Assembly: GCA_046563655.1 (NCBI GenBank)
Contig: CM102286.1
Span: 10,540,001-10,604,000, forward strand
Reading direction: 5' to 3'
DNA length: 64,000 nt
Source of the DNA: Yuukianura sp. NJ FZ-2021
Taxonomy: Eukaryota
Part shown: positions 25,714 to 41,008 of the stretch, in pieces
Layout: every line of letters starts with the position of its first letter
Position numbering within the stretch: the stretch's first letter is position 1
Translations under genes and position numbers: made by a program
The notes under the pieces: generated by a model
Seen by the model: the letters and a program-made list of their open reading frames with translations, nothing else
Told to the model about the DNA's origin: nothing
Database searches by the model: none

Positions 25714-28700
25714 GCCTCTACTCTTGGACGAGGAGTCCAATGTTTAAATGGAAGGCTCTTTTTCTTGCCAATAGGCCAAGTGCACTACTAATCAGCACAA
25801 ATGCCAGGTTTTATTTTATTTTTTTGCAAAAAGTTGAAGCATTTACGCGAGACCGGTTGGATATGGTTGGGCTTGGGCATAGTGAATGTTCTAGCTTAAA
25901 GTTGTTTGTGGGGCGAATAGGAAGGAGTAGTTGAGCAAGTCCCTGTTCGTCTGCTTCTGCCTCTCTCCAAAAAGTGATTCATGCTTCTACGTTGGAGTTG
26001 AACAGCTACACAGCAACTTCCTTCACCTTATTCGCTATTTGGCTTCCAAGCTTGACAGTACTATTCAAAACAATAGCAGTTCAGTTCAAAAGCTTACAGC
26101 TTACAGCTTTCAACGTTAAACAAGTTAACGCATCAAAACTTTTTTAAAACTCGGCAAACAATTTTTCTGTAAAGTTTATTTCATCAGAATTTCCAAATTT
26201 TAGTTTCTCATAAGTGTCTGACTCATCGAGGAATCGGCGTAAAAGTGATAGACAACATATCACTAAGGGCCCTCGACTTATCATATCAGGTAACGATAAA
26301 CAACTGTTGACAATGACTAATCCTATGGTTAGTGCAGAAGAGTCACTGCTCAATTTACATAGTGACTCCTCTAGCACTTGGTAGCTTTCAATACTCAGTT
26401 TTACAACTGGAAATATCACTTACAGTTCAGGTCCGCTATAAAACTTAACTAAAATTTAATTGACTTTAAATTTAATAGGCCAAATTCGTGTGAATACTTG
26501 AACTTTACTTGAGAAATTGTGAAAGCGTCAGTTCCTGCTTTCCAGTCAACCAGAATTTCCACATGGAGAAAAGTTGTAAACAATAGAGAGGCCCGAAGCT
26601 TTCTCCGGTCTCCTTTGAATCTTCCCGCTCTTAGAAACGAAGAACTCCACTTCTATACATAAGGTAAGAAGTAAACAATTAATTAGTTTGTCATAGAACC
26701 AAAGTCCTTAGAAGCGTTTACTCATTTTCTGTGTATCATACCAACATACCACGGTGTTTTACATTAGTCATGGAAGGACCCAAATGTCACTATTTTTTGT
26801 CTTTCAAATTCATAGTTGTTGAGCAACTTTTGTGCTTTCCATTTTCATACGTAACAACGCAACTAATGAACTTACTTTTGCTGATGAAAAGGAGATCCAG
26901 TGAGGGGAATTTCTTGATATGATGCGCAAATTTACCTGAAGAATTAGTCATCCATTCTCCTTTCGCAATATAAAAACAAATGGAAAAAACACTTTTTTTG
27001 CTCATTCCGGTTTTAGACTACGTGACGCGAAATGTTTTTTGAATGGACGAATCTCTTACGGATCATGCGACGATTCGGCCTTTAGTGCATTTGGTGTTAA
27101 AGACACTGGAATAACTCCGAAAAATTTAAATTTTAAAACGCATGTGGTTGCACAAAACAAAAATGAATAATGGACTCCCAAAGACGTCATAAAATTGAAA
27201 ATTGAATTGGCAAGAAGGACTTAAAGTTTATAAAGAATCTGGTAGAAGATTCATTCTTTTTGCAATTTGCGTCGTAACAGGAAGATTTTTATGACCACTT
27301 CACTGTTCCATGAGTCATATGGGGGATCACTTTACTTCTTTTATGCGTTGGATTTAAATTACGAAAATTTAACAAAATATCACTATACCTATGTTCCTTG
27401 TTTCCTACCTCCATCATTTTCTGGATTTATTCGTAGTTACTTCTAACGATTACCAAAGTTAAGACTTGTATTGTTTACTAGTTTCCTGTCTGAACTAATT
27501 TGGGTTTGAAGTGCTAAGGCGTCACTCTATTAGCGCCAACTGTTGAAACCTTTGGCATTTTGTTCAGGTTCAAGGGAATTCTTAATAAGTTGGAAGGTAG
27601 AAACCTTATACTTTTAGTCCGTTGACGCATACATGCAAATTTCAGCGGTACGGCAATTTTTTTAGGGTGTCGAAACCAGGAATTTTGTATTTTTCATAGC
27701 AAATTCTGCGAAAGTGAAGAATGCAGCACGACGGAAGTCGATAGTCATTTGCTGCCCAACCTGGTTTGCGACATCCGAAAGCGAGCCACACTTTGCCAGT
27801 TGCCACGTCTCAAATTTCTTTTTCTTGAATTTTCGCCGTTTGTTACGTTACAAATTTCGAACTTTCGAGTTTCGACTTTCACTCTTACTTTTTATTTCAT
27901 TTTCCTTATGATTCCTCGAAATGTTTGCACACAACGCAACATTATTTACCACATCCAGCGAATATATTATTTTTTCTGGAAAACACTCGATTCTGATTTG
28001 ATCTTTATCGTAGTCATATGACCTATTGATATGTATCAAATAAGAATTAAAATTATGGTATGATGCTACGTGTCTGATGCCACGATTATCTCTTCTCCAT
28101 TTTTAACGATGAAGGTGACTTGTTTCCTGGAGTGTCTTTTACGGTCATGCGCACTTTGTGAGAATGCTTTCAGGAGCACGTCCAGAGGGCGACCTTGGAG
28201 TGGATTTGCGCAGGATTGGAAATGACTCCTGTTTGTTCATTGCGCTGTTTTTCCATAGACTTGTCAAAACCAGAGACCACTTCCAGTTCAGAAGAATTTA
28301 TGTGACGAGGCAAAAGAGAGATCTTGAATAAGCCTGTTTACCCAAATCTTCTTGTGTGCCTCCGATATTCCAAGAAATCCCGGGTTTTATTCAAAGAAAG
28401 TTGTCGCAAAATTTTTTAACGACGACGGGGAAGAATTTGGGAAAAAAAAAGAAAATTTATTCTTCGTCCTACGTAAACAGTCTTCAATAGAGAAGCATGC
28501 ACGTGCTGCCCTTTACGACTTTTAAGTGAATGACGATTATGTTAACATAACAATTGCTTCCGCCTTTACAACTTAACAAATCGGAAAGTCCTTTTCCCGC
28601 CGTGTTTAAAGAATTTTTTATACTAACGATTTTGATAGTTCGATAAACCACATATTCTTGGCGTCATTTTTTGGCATAGGTTTGTGTTTATACTTTTTTT

Positions 28701-31700
28701 TTTGAAACTGTAATTGAAAAGCATCTTCAACAGTTGTGTTGCCTCAAGTGAATTTAAAATGGAAGAAGATGTTTTTAGCACTGCGTTTTGCCTTGTATTC
28801 ATTTCCATATTTGCACAGATGCTGTTCAAGGCAAGTGCTGACTGCTGAAGTGAGGCTAGTGGTTGTTACTAGTGCTGGTTTCACCATTTATTGCCAATGA
28901 CTCATCCAAGGTATATTTAGCTTTCCTGAGGCCTCAGTACACGCTCTGTTTATCTTTTTTATATTTGCAAAAGTGGCAGAGACTCTCCCGAGGCCTGCAA
29001 AATCATTCTACCAATTGCAGAAACAGTTTCATTTGTCTCAATGGAAAAGTACACTACATATGAACATATAGACTAATCTGGACAGTTAACCAAATGACCT
29101 TCCAACTTGGAATTGTAAGGACGCAAAAGACCTCAGCAGTAACTTTACAACCTCAGGATCAGGACAGTTTGGCGTGAACAGTTGCTCGTACGCTTGCTAT
29201 ATCTCTGTGAAAAGTTCGCATGAATAAGTTTGCCTGTTGAATTTTTGCACTAGTGGGGTATAGCAAGTTTATATCGTCAGTGATAAAAAAACAAAGGTTT
29301 CATTTAAGAGTTACGACAAAGAGTGAGTCATCGGTTGGAGGGTTGGTTCGTTGCCTGTGCTTGCGTAATATTGTTTTACTACGCGTGTAAATGCCTTCCA
29401 AAGTCTTTTGAAGTCCTCTTTTCCTTTGGTGTCGTGATGGAGATGGGAAATTTTAGGAAGAACAGGCAAAATAACGCCCTCAAAATAATGGTCCAAAACT
29501 TCTTCAGAGATTCCTTCAGGGGAGCTGGAAAAGCCAACAGGGAAGAAAAGTTTGAGGGTGTTTCACCCTAACGTTGATTTCCTTAGTCATACTGTAGGGC
29601 TCATGTAATACGTTTGAAATCGACCGGATTTGCCGCCTTTCCCTACCCTCTCCTCTGCCTTAAGTCGATTTTGGAAATGGCCACAGAGAAAAGTGATACT
29701 TCCTTTCTTAAGGAAGGGGAAGTAGCTGAGATGAATACTGATGATAACTTTGGTTAGGCTAAGAATATAACCTAACCTAGGTTAGGTATAGTAAAAGTTA
29801 GGCTAGGCATAGTAAAGCGAATGGCGGTATAGATAACACAAAGATCAGAGGAGAAGATGATTAATGCTTACCAAATAATTGTTGGCCTCTAACCTCCCTT
29901 AACAGTCTAGAAGTTGAACACTTTAGGGAATTAATGAGTTTCATTGTCCTCAACTTACGCAATTGTCTTTTACTATTGATAAAATGCATATTAAATTTTC
30001 AAATTCCAGCAACGTTGAGAAAATTCACTACGGTTTTTCTTACTGTAGTTAACGGCATTGTACCTTGAATCCTTTGAAATTCTGGGATTTATGCAACGCT
30101 CGAAATTTATTGTTCGAATAAATTTTGAACATTTTGAAGTGATTTTAAAACTTAGCATCGTGTGAGAACGAAGAAGGAAATGGATAGTTTTTGGTCGTGG
30201 GAACATAGAGGAAGTGAATTCAATTGAATTCACCTTCAACAAAGGACAGTCCCATTTTCCCATTCATGCCAAATAATAGCATCATAGTCGTTCCTAACTT
30301 CTTTTTAGTAGTTAAGCTTACTATGATCTTCTAAAGTTCTAAATGGAACATACAAGTTTAATTCAATTCTCAACAGCGGAAGTCCTTACATGGGTCTAAT
30401 CAGTTTCATGGCACTTTTGTATGTCGCAAACAAAAAATCATAGTTTTTCAAATTCGTTTTTTTTTCTAATTTTGTTCTTGAGATCCTTCCTGAACAGCAG
30501 TAACAAAAAGCATCAATTCTAAAATGTCCTAATGGGAATTGAAATTCTAAAGATAGCGCAAAGCGGATGCTAGCGTCCCTGGGAAAGGCTGCTTTTAAAA
30601 GATTTTCACACGGTCTTAAACACTTTCGACCTTCCTTAAATTAACGGAAGCGTTTTATTATTAAAATTTATTCGGCAGTGGGAAATAAATTATTCCTTGC
30701 CTTCTAAAGTTTCTGGATGTTTTTCAGAAAGTTTGGTTTTGGAGTTCTAATGTCATTTCCGCTGTTACTTTGGTATCGACTATTTACGGACTTCCGCTGC
30801 ACTTTGCGCTAACTAACAAAAACGGCTTTAGTTTTAAGGAAACAAGTTAAAATCTATTCTTAGCCAACAGTCACTCTGACCCCCAATGCGAAGCTAAGAA
30901 AGTAGCTAATTCAATCAACTTTGTTTCCATTGTAGTGGTTCTCAATCTGAAAATTGACTTTTGTGCTGCATGATTTTGTCCTTGACATTATGACAAGTAT
31001 CCCTTGATGTCGTCACCACCACACTTCCATCAAATTACACGAGCCACAAAACTACTCTAGGCGTCTAATTTGAACCAAAACACAAAAACACATTGGAACA
31101 TTGAGCATGCTACACGCTTCGTCAGATTCTGGAAGCTTTTAGGATAAAGTCGTAATAGAAAAGCCTAATGCCACTCAACCACTTAGCAGCCATATTTCCA
31201 TAAAAGAATTCCGGGAGAAAAAGTCTTTCAGAAGGTTTTTCATAGCATTTCAATAATGTAGAAGAGGCTAAAACTCAGTTTTTGGGTGATTCAATATATG
31301 ATTTTGAAGTTCCTTTGGAATGACGCTGCTTTTAGTGGGATGTGTCAATCTTAAGTGTGTAGGGCAGGTCGACGTAATCCGCCTCCAAGAATTCTTTTGT
31401 TTTTGCGGTGTTTCAGAGTGGGAAGGTAGGAAAAAAACATTTCCGGAGATTTTGATCCAGTCACTGCGTTCAAAATAGTTGCACAAATAAGTTTCGGATT
31501 TATTTGATTAAGGCCTGTCAGGAGGGGGAGAGAGACTTCTTTATTTGACAGGTTTTTTTCATGTGTACTGGCTCTGGTTCCATTAGATTAAAGCACTCGG
31601 ACCCTCCTTGTGACTTATTTCTACCTCCATTATTAAATACCCGGAGCACACTCAACCACAGTGATACGTGAAGAGTCAGCGTCTTTCCGGGTAACGACGC

Positions 31701-33424
31701 ATCTCTCATTCAATATATGAGGGTTCTCAGTTTTTTATGCCCAAAATACCCGGGTAGTTCTCCCGCTTTCTATTACGCAGCAACCATAGTGGACTTGGGG
31801 TGAGAGGTGAATCATCATTATCAAGTCATAATCTTTCACAGGAAAGACCTTATTGTTGAAACACTTTTTTACATACAACCCTCCTTTCTTTTTTCCTCTG
31901 AATAAAAACTGACAAAATGAAATCTTTTGGCCATATTTTAGAAAAAAAAATCTAAAAGTAGACTTTGAGTCTTGAGGAAACGTTAGTGTGAAGAACCCTA
32001 GAATGTTCTGTTAGTTTGGGGGAAGCCTCTCAATTGTCATAATTTGTGTAAGGAAGCCTAGGATTTAGAAATTAGTTCACAAGTGACTCAAACCCCTTCT
32101 TCTCAGTCATATCGACTGGCATCCGGACGAAACGTTCAGTTTTACGCTGACTGTCGGACGGACAAGTTGTAACTCAGTGGTTTCTTTCTACGCTTGACCA
32201 AACAAATATTTGTGTCATTAGTAACAACCACAATTCCACCAAGTGGACCAGCATTACTTCATCACTTAATTACTGGTAAACACTTTAAGACTTACTGTAG
32301 GTTAGGTTGAACGTACTAAAAGTTAGGTTAAGTTAAATCTGGGTATTGTCCTTTGAGGTACTTTAGTTCCACTAGGTTAGGGTTAGGTTTTCCTAAGGGC
32401 AGGGTGACTATCACGGTGGATGATCTCACAAAGTTAGAGTGAATTATTTGGGGAGACCCCTAACAACGCCTCCCAATTTGCTTGATTTATTTGAGAGATC
32501 AATTCCTTTCAGCTTTTAGTTTGGTTTTCGTGAAAGCTTAACTTTGGTGTCGTGTATACTTTCATATGCGAATGACTCTTTGCGTCTACCAAAAAAAGAA
32601 AGTATTAGTCATTCCTGGAGGGTTCTTTCTCTTGCAGCGGTTCCTGCAGATTGTTTTGTTGGTGGGTTTTGAATGGAGGGGTAGTTTTTTGGGAAGCTGA
32701 ATAGAACTTTCCCCGCGCACTTGAGAAGATGATGTGTTGGAAGGTGACTTCATCATCATGAGGCCCAAGCATCATCACATGACGAACAAACGTACATAAG
32801 GGAAGGGATTTCTTTGAAAATACTCAAAACTGCTGCGGAGACTCGAACGTCTTCCCCCTTCTTCAGGGGGAGACGCTTTCTCCACTTTCTTTTGCTTTCT
32901 TGCAAACTGAAGTGAACGGAGATAGGAAACAATGGAAAAGACGCCAGACTGGCTCAAAGCTTCGGCGGCAGTGACTCATGCCTTAAGTCGCTCAAATTGA
33001 AGGGGTGGGAAGTGGATGTAAGGAAAGCAAGCATCTTCTTCGGTCTACTTAAACTTGAATGTTTTTGAACAAAACTTCAAGGCTTTCCTTATCCTTCCTG
33101 CTCTTCTGGAAGCTCCTTTGTTTTTATGGTAATGGGCTATCCCTCGAGCTTCCTGTGCAATCGTGGTTAAACTGAAGTGGTTCCTACTTAATATGAACAA
33201 TGAAAAGACGCCAAAGCATTTCAATTCAACTAAACAAAAAAAAAGCTTTTGAATTGTTTCCTTCATTTTCCATTTTTCTCAAATTTAGATTTTAGATTCA
33301 AAACTCTATAAATAAAAAATTGCTAGTATTTCTTGGAAGAAATGGAATAATTGCTGCTGAAAATCGATTCAGAGCGATAATTGAAAATAACTTTTTCTTT
33401 TTTGTTAATTTGCAGACTTCGATA

Positions 33425-36400
33425 ATGTCTTCTTCTGGACCAGTAGAAACCGAAGTTCGCCAACCCTTTAGACGCCGTGAGAAACTCCGCCTGTCGCTTC
33501 ATCTTCAGCGAACAATACAGCCACCAGAAATGAATCCCGCAAAAGTCATCTTAGAACAACACGTTCGGATGATTAGTGCAGACGAACTCGCTCGAAAAAT
33601 TAATCTCCAGCCTCAGTCCAGCGCCAAATTTTTGCTACTCGACTGTCGTGGTTACTTGTGCTATACAGACTGTCATATCCAAGGAGCCGTTCACATCGCT
33701 TGCTCAGATCGGTTCAACCGACGAAGAGTTCAGAACACAGGAGCTTCTATCCTTGATTTGGTCAGTTTGAACAGTCGAAGAAACAAGGGGACCAATACTT
33801 GTCCAATGTCGCCTGTAACCGGTAGTAATGGTAAACTACGGGAAGTCATTGTGTACGACGAGGGTATCACGGATCTCAACCTCGAAGAATCTTCATGGTC
33901 GAATCCTACTTCCTTTGTAATTGCCCATCTCATCAGAGAAAACAGGCAGCCGACGTATCTTAAAGGTAACTAAAACCAATTTTCTGTTTTTGAAATTGAG
34001 TCTACCTTTGGCAAAATTGGATTTGAAACAAATTGCAACTCATTGAAAATTGGTAGGTTGGGGTTACTTATTTATGTACTTTCACCGTAGTATCGAATGG
34101 TTAGATTAATTGAGTTGTAGCAGATTGAAATAATAGCCTATTATAGGTCAGGTTGCATTAACGTGAAAAACGTGCTTCGGATAGAATGTTTGGCCACGTG
34201 AGGAAAAGGCTCTTTTTTTTGTTTCTTGACACAGGACAATTTTTGTGTTTAATTTTAAACACTTTCGTCATTTTTGGTCGTCATTTCCTGCAGGATAGAC
34301 GTCTTTCTTAATTGCAAATATCACGGTAGAAACAAACACTGTGCTATTTTTGGCACTTTCGTTTGAAATACCGCGCTACTTCAAATTTATAGCAGGAACG
34401 GATACTGTTTGTTGTTCAACAGCTTAATCATTGACGTTCATACGCGGTTTCCTTCTGCCAAAACCTCATTTTCGTCTTTTGATGTTTTTGCCAATTCTGT
34501 AAGCAATTTTTGACCAAATAAACCTTGGGTGCTTTGAATATTAAATTTAAATTAGAACTAGTATTGGCAAACAATCAAACTTTATGGACTCGGAGACATT
34601 GGACGCCAATGAATGAACTTTTGTAGATTTGTTTCAATGATGTGTAAAAAAATCCAAAAGTGAATATGGAGCTAGTAATAATTTTATGTTCAACTTGAGT
34701 AGGCTTTCTTTCAAACTAAAAACGACAAAAATTGCGTGGGAGCGGAAAAGCGACAAGGAGTTTTGATTGGAACTGGAGGCACTGGATTATTTGATCCAAC
34801 CTACGCAATTTCCACTCTAATGTTATTGTTACGATCCTACTTTCATATTTCTGGAGGCCAAGAAATGCACAAAAGTAATTCAAACCTTATACAAAATCAA
34901 TTCAAATGTCGAATTTATGGAATTTGAAAATCTGCTTCCATCCAGTCTGTCACTTGTCTGTGTGTCATTCTATGGTAACATAACGTCTTATCGGTCTCCA
35001 GCGGATGTAACCCCATTTTAACATTTCATTATGTTCTGTGGTTAGACTCTCAAAGACAAAAGTTTAAGAAACTAATGGGTGTGTGTACTACGTTTGTGTT
35101 AGGCTGACGAAGAAGTAATTACCATTATCTATCGGAAACCCTTAAACTTTTGAGTGGTCACACAAAAGTACTCTAATTTCAACGGAAGTTAACAAATACT
35201 GAACATAACTATTAGGACTTTGAAACATAAACTATTAAAACTTTGTTTTTCTTTTGTATGGAAAAACCGCAAAGTTAGAGAAAACGATAGGGGCTAGAAA
35301 TAGGGGATGAGTCAGTTTTAGTTAGGGTTGGTGCTTTTAAACCGCTGAAAGTGAATTGGAGGGGAATGAATTGGTGACATAGCACGTTTTGCAACTTAAA
35401 CCTTAGTCCGTTGATTTCCAAAGTTTATGTGTCAACTACTTTCGAAATTGGCAGACTGCTTGGGGCCACCGTATGCGTTGACTCTTTCATGACTTCATAA
35501 GTTTAGTTGCCAAAAGCCTTGTCCTATTTCTATTTTTGCGCATTTCTGGGGGCAAAACCAGCAAAAGTTTCAAGTTTAAACTTTCCCACTCATTCTACGC
35601 CATTTGTCACAAGTCCATGCTTCATTCATGTTTAGCTTTTTGTTTTGTCCGTTGAGCTGGCGTTCAATTGCGTGTTATTGCCACTTCCATTCTGAATTTT
35701 CTCGTTCATTTTGTTTCCGACATGCTTTAGAAAATTCTTGCTGTAAATTTTATAATTGCTAAAGTTAACAAGGAGTAAAATAGCTTGAATCGAAATTTAA
35801 AAAAAGTATTTGCTTAACCTTCTGAAAATAGTTTAATCTATTTTTGGCATAACACGTAGGCAAGGTGTGAAGGGATACTTTGATCTACCTTAAGTGCGAC
35901 ATCGTCACGCGTGACGTGGGGGCCTAAAGGGTGTGTACCCTAAAATTTTTAGGCTAAAATGAATGAATCATCGCAACAAAACGTTCAGACCTTGCTCAAC
36001 TGACAAGGAATGTTTCAATTGTTACGTTGCCAGAGGGCTGACTCAATAGTTCTATGCTATCACATGACATGCTCAATCAGATTCTGACAAAGCGTTTGGA
36101 GCAGGCCTCCTCATCGAGGTGAACGTTGTCATTCCAGCGATGAGTCGACCAGTGCTTTAAAATTTCTGTTCTGTCGCCACATTTTCCGAATTTTCTAGAA
36201 TGTATCATTTGAACACAACGACGACAGGTTCAATTGGAGGGAATTGCGTTAAAGCGGCCAGTTGCAGAAGAATACCAAAGTGTGATTAGGTACTTGGATA
36301 TTTTTCATGTTTGAATGAGCGGAAGTTGTAAGCATGTTTTGAGCCGAGGCGTCTAGAGCCCTTCAAAACGTTGTTCTAACCCTATCCATTTCCCCTCAAA

Positions 36401-38796
36401 ACTAATGTTCCTACCCAGAGTGTTACTATGATTAATCCAACTTCCTACGGTCTCATCTACGAGCCACTTGAATGACTAGTTTTCATGATACCATCACCCT
36501 CCTGATAGTGATTCAGCTCATTTCTCTAACAAAAACAGAGTGCGTGTGTCTGTGTGTACGTGTAGTTGGTGAAAGGCGAGTGAAAGCTAAGGTTCCGTTT
36601 CTAGACGAAGATTAGTGTGTTACAAAAATAGGAGACACGTAGAAGAATTAGTGTTGGACTGAATTAAGGATAGCTTGGTGAGCAAAGACAAGATAGCGCG
36701 ACGATGTTTAGGTTAGCGTAGGATAACCTAACCTAATGGGTCACAGTTCAAGGAAAATCTAAGTGAGTTCCAAATGAAAAGAGGCTTTCCCAGTGTAAGT
36801 TCCAGTTGAGCCCATTAGAAGTTCCCTTGGACAAAATCCTTTGACTCTATTTCATTTCCATGCGAAATCTCAATGGGAATCTCACCACTGGGGATTTCGT
36901 TTCTCTATTAAGGACAAGGCCCCGCAAATTTATGAGTCCCGGGAGTCCTTTTATGGGATTTTAGAGGTTGGATATAATCAGAGTATGGCTAGAGTTGACT
37001 TTCTTTCTTCTCCAGCCACAAATGAAATTAAACCTACAAAATCCAAGCTCTGACTGTGGAAAAAACAAGATCCGACAGCTTAGGTTTCATAAAACTGGGA
37101 AATTAGTTTCTAATCAGACATTCAATTGAGTTCTAGAAGGGGATCTGGATGATAATAAACAAAAGCAGTACTTTATACGGTGTAGGAATCGACATATTTT
37201 CCCGGCATTTTATGAAATTTGAGTGGGCAGAAATTATAACGACGGGAAAGGCGTGGGAGCTCAGAAAAATTCACGCAGCTCATAACATGTTTTGATGAAT
37301 CTTAAAAAAAGCGAGAAAAAAAACGAGCGGAGTTGTTGACATGAGTTTCCGTCTTTTGTTACTTTGATGTTTTTTCGTGTTTCCTATGCCTGAATATATC
37401 AAAAATCGTTTACTATATAAAGCACTCTTTCAATTAGTGTTTTTGATAACAGAGAAGTTGTTTACGAAATATGTCCACTTACAAAAGAAAGTGTTGCGGA
37501 ACTTCTCCGAATAAATGATTTGTTGGCCACCTTGGTCAGTTAGCTAACTAAATGTCCATTCAATTTCTTCCTGGTAAACACTCCTTTACCTTCAATAGAA
37601 AAACGACTAGAAATGTTTCATACAATTTAAAAGAAAATTCCAGACTGGTTTTTAGCGGTTATAACGAAATTGCGTTTTTTACGCGATCCAGAAAATGTAT
37701 CGCTGGAAAGCTGTTTTTTTTTTCAATTAAATTTCCAACGAAAGGATTCAAAGACGTTTGATGTTTTTTTTCTAGTTGGCACTTCTAACGATTCATTTCT
37801 TTTTCTTTTTTTCAGGTGGGATCAAAGAGTTCAGTCGTTACTATAGTGATCTTTGTGAAAACTTCGGAACCCACCCAGATCTCAACATGGACACTTCTAG
37901 TACAGCGTCAATAGGCATTGCTCCCCCACTGACGCTCATGTCCGCACCGCTGTTCCCGCTGCCTCAGTTCCCCATTTCCCCGTCAAATACGAACAACCAA
38001 GCGTTTGAAAATGAACCCCCTACGCAAGTTCTGCCATTCCTCTATGTCGGTAATGCTCGTGATGCGAACGACGCGGATTTACTTCGAAAACTTGGTATTC
38101 GCTATGTCCTGTCGGTAACAACAACAAGTCCTCTTCCCTTTAAAAATGGCGGTGGAGCGCCGAAGCTTGGTCTCTCAGATCTTTCAAATCAAGAGCCAGA
38201 ATTTCACACAAAACTGATTCCAGTATCTGACAACCTTGTGGAAAACTTGGCTCCATACTTTGAAGAAGCGTGTGATTTTATTGGTAAGTCGAACTGCTTC
38301 AATTTGGCTTCTTTTAGTTTTTTATTTCAATAAATTGAATTTATTAGTCTAACTCCATTGTTTCTTTTGGCATGTTTACAGAAGAAGCAAGAACTTCTGG
38401 CACGCGCGTCCTCATCCATTGTCACGCAGGAATTTCCAGGTATAAATCTAAAACTGAATTTAAATAGCTTCACACTTTCCGTTATACAAAATTTAATTTC
38501 GTTACTTAATTTAATTTTTTAATGATCAATAAAATAATTGATTTTTTTTTATAAATAGATCTCCAACTATCGCCATCGCCTATATTATGAAACACATCAA
38601 TTTGAGTACACTGGATGCCTACGCCTTCGTTCAGAAATACCGGCGTATCATCTCACCCAACCTTAACTTCATGGGTCAACTGATCGAGTACGAAACAAAA
38701 CTCAAAGGTCATTCGAGTCAAGTGGATTCATCTTGCTCCAACAGTACTGACAGCGTAAGCAGTGACACAAGTTCTGCCAGTGAATGTAGCCACTGA
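33425..38796 (+). CDS. Dual-specificity MAP-kinase phosphatase (DUSP10/MKP5/puckered-like); exons 33416-33965, 37816-38283, 38382-38439, 38559-38796
   Basis: Rhodanese/CH2 domain (LLDCR..HIQGA) with basic docking motif NRRR, VLPFLYVG, catalytic VLIHCHAGISRSPT assembled across a splice, and ISPNLNFMGQL. Upstream exons are possible. Confidence 0.92.
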
Positions 38797-40041
38797 ATAC
38801 TCCAAAGCCAGTTTGACTTTCTATGTTTGAATGTCACTTAACTAGTTGTAAGTGTTTAATTATGTCGCCCATTAGCTTAAGTGTATCGCCAACCCGATAG
38901 GGACAACGACGGAGATGGAGATTTGATTCTAAATAATAACAGGGTTACCATCCAATCAAAATTGTAAATTTTTATACTCTACGTAGAGTTAGTACGCGTT
39001 CCTATTGTTACTTGGCTACTACATGTATGACATTATAATAATCTAACATAACTTTAACTCGGAATTAATAATTAGACTCCACGGTATATTATGTGACCAA
39101 TTGTCCCGTTACTCTTGACGTTCTTTACAATTTATATTTTTGTGTTCAATGGTTTCATGCCAAAAACATAAGTCATTCCTAACTTCAAAATAATTTCCTG
39201 TTTTTAGAGAAGTCTATTTTTACGATAAAAAACATATCGAGTAAGTAGCGATGCGTTTTATTTTCAGGAAAAGTGTAAATTCCTAACGAAGCCCCTCTAG
39301 ACAAACTTTTCTTTTGTTAGATTCTAGTTCAAATTAATTACAAGCGTCAATATTACAAAATGACTATGAAGTTGTTCTCTTTGCACTAACAGAGGATAAG
39401 AACACACTAAACTAAGAACGTGTAAAGTCTAAAATCCTTTGTTTGAACTGACTCATCCATGCGTCTGTATAAAATGATTTCTGTTTGCTGACTGGACTCG
39501 GAAGGGATGTTGATCTCTGAATATCTGATTCAATATTTGTATTTGAGCTGGATATGGATAAATTCAGAGTTCAGAGTTTTAAACTCATCTCTTCCGAGTT
39601 GATTTGTCATCATTTGTTGTAGTCAGCGAAGATAAGTTCTAAAATGTAGTACATACTCAGTACGTTATTCTTATGATTAGGAGAGTCACTTCCTCCAAAG
39701 CTATTGTTTAAATAGACGACGATGCCAAAATATACACTAGGACTAAGACACTCTGGCACTCTAATCCTCCGGAGATGTTAATTTATTCAGAGAAAGTTGT
39801 AACTTTCTAAGGCTTAGGATTTAGACGACTGTTTCACAGCGTCGTTACTTTATATCTTACATATTTTTATGACAAACATCTTTAAAGTTAATGAGCTACA
39901 ATATTTTGACTAAATATGTATACTATTTATTTAATTAACTAAATATTTAAGACTTGTAAAAGCTTTTTGAAAGTAATTGATGAGAAAGGCCTCAACTTAA
40001 TCATGTATTTTTGAATCTAGTCGACAATTTGTAAGCTTTCC

Positions 40042-40944
40042 CACACAGAAAAAACAACAACTTAGGAAATGCTAAGGTCCTTTTTTCCTCTTTAAGTTCA
40101 ATCTGTACGACTAATTACAATTAAGAGTTGAGAGTTTTCATGTTTCATTGTCGACTAAAGGAAAAGAGTGGTTTGACACTTCAAAAGTAAATGCTATTAT
40201 ATGAATTTACTCACTATTACACTAACCTCTGTACGACCATAACTATTTGTTTTCTACCTTTCTCAAATGAGTTTTGTCCATTTGTCAAATGATTATTTAA
40301 CTAAAGTAAACATGGAATTGTACACAGTACTACATTTCACAAATGTAGCGGCCGAATTTTATTTCTTCATCCAAGAATGTTGCAAAGATTTCGTATAGTA
40401 GGGAGTTTGCGTTATAAATCTCAGAGAAAACTTATAGAATTTATAGAACGAAAGTTTTTCTATAATTTTCGACCTGTCTATAGTTTTGTGTCGACCTACT
40501 TTATAGAAGTTATGGAATATGTGGAAGTCTGTAATTTCTATAAATGTGACGCCCGGGTAGTAGAGTTTCCGATATCTCATTTTGGTCAAAACATAAGTTC
40601 TCCAAAAAGAATGCCGGGTGATGCATTCACCCAGAATCCAATGCCTAATTATGGGTTAGAAGAGTTAATGAAACATGGCTAGGAAACTTGTGTTATGATG
40701 TTTGCTTTGAACTGGTTACCTATGAATTTAGCTGTTTTAAAACCAAATTAATTAATTTGGTGAAGCTCAATACCCTTTGGGGTAGTTTAGGTTTTTCACT
40801 ATCCCGGTGAGTGTCACCCATTTTTCTGGTTTAAGAAGAAGTCTGAACGTCCTCAAGGATTTTCCAACTTTTCTGACACAATAACTTTATAGAAATTTGC
40901 TAGAAAGCTAGACTGAACTAGGTTGTGTTAGTTTTTCTCTGCTG
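40042..40944. mobile_element. Degenerate TIR element (candidate)
   Basis: Ends CACACAGAAAAAACAACAAC and GTTGTGTTAGTTTTTCTCTGCTG are roughly inverted. Internal TTATAGAA/TTCTATAA repeats. No TSD verified. Confidence 0.3.
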
Positions 40945-41008
40945 TATTCCTTTTGTTTTTCACATCTCTATCTCTCTGTTTTCTAAGCGTTGAACTGAGC
41001 GAGCACCA

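Noticed and set aside
24655..25791. ORFs rich in PAC/ACR peptides
   Set aside because: Translations of the CCTGCA subterminal repeats of the hAT MITE.
28100..29700. Possible degenerate pogo/DDE_1-like or host coding remnants on the minus strand (..EVLDHYFEGVILP..TLQPMT)
   Set aside because: Motif similarity is too weak, and I could not support TIRs or a coherent exon chain.
29750..32390. Short TTAGG/CCTAA clusters resembling the arthropod telomere repeat
   Set aside because: Only 2-3 units, scattered throughout the window, so not an interstitial telomere array.
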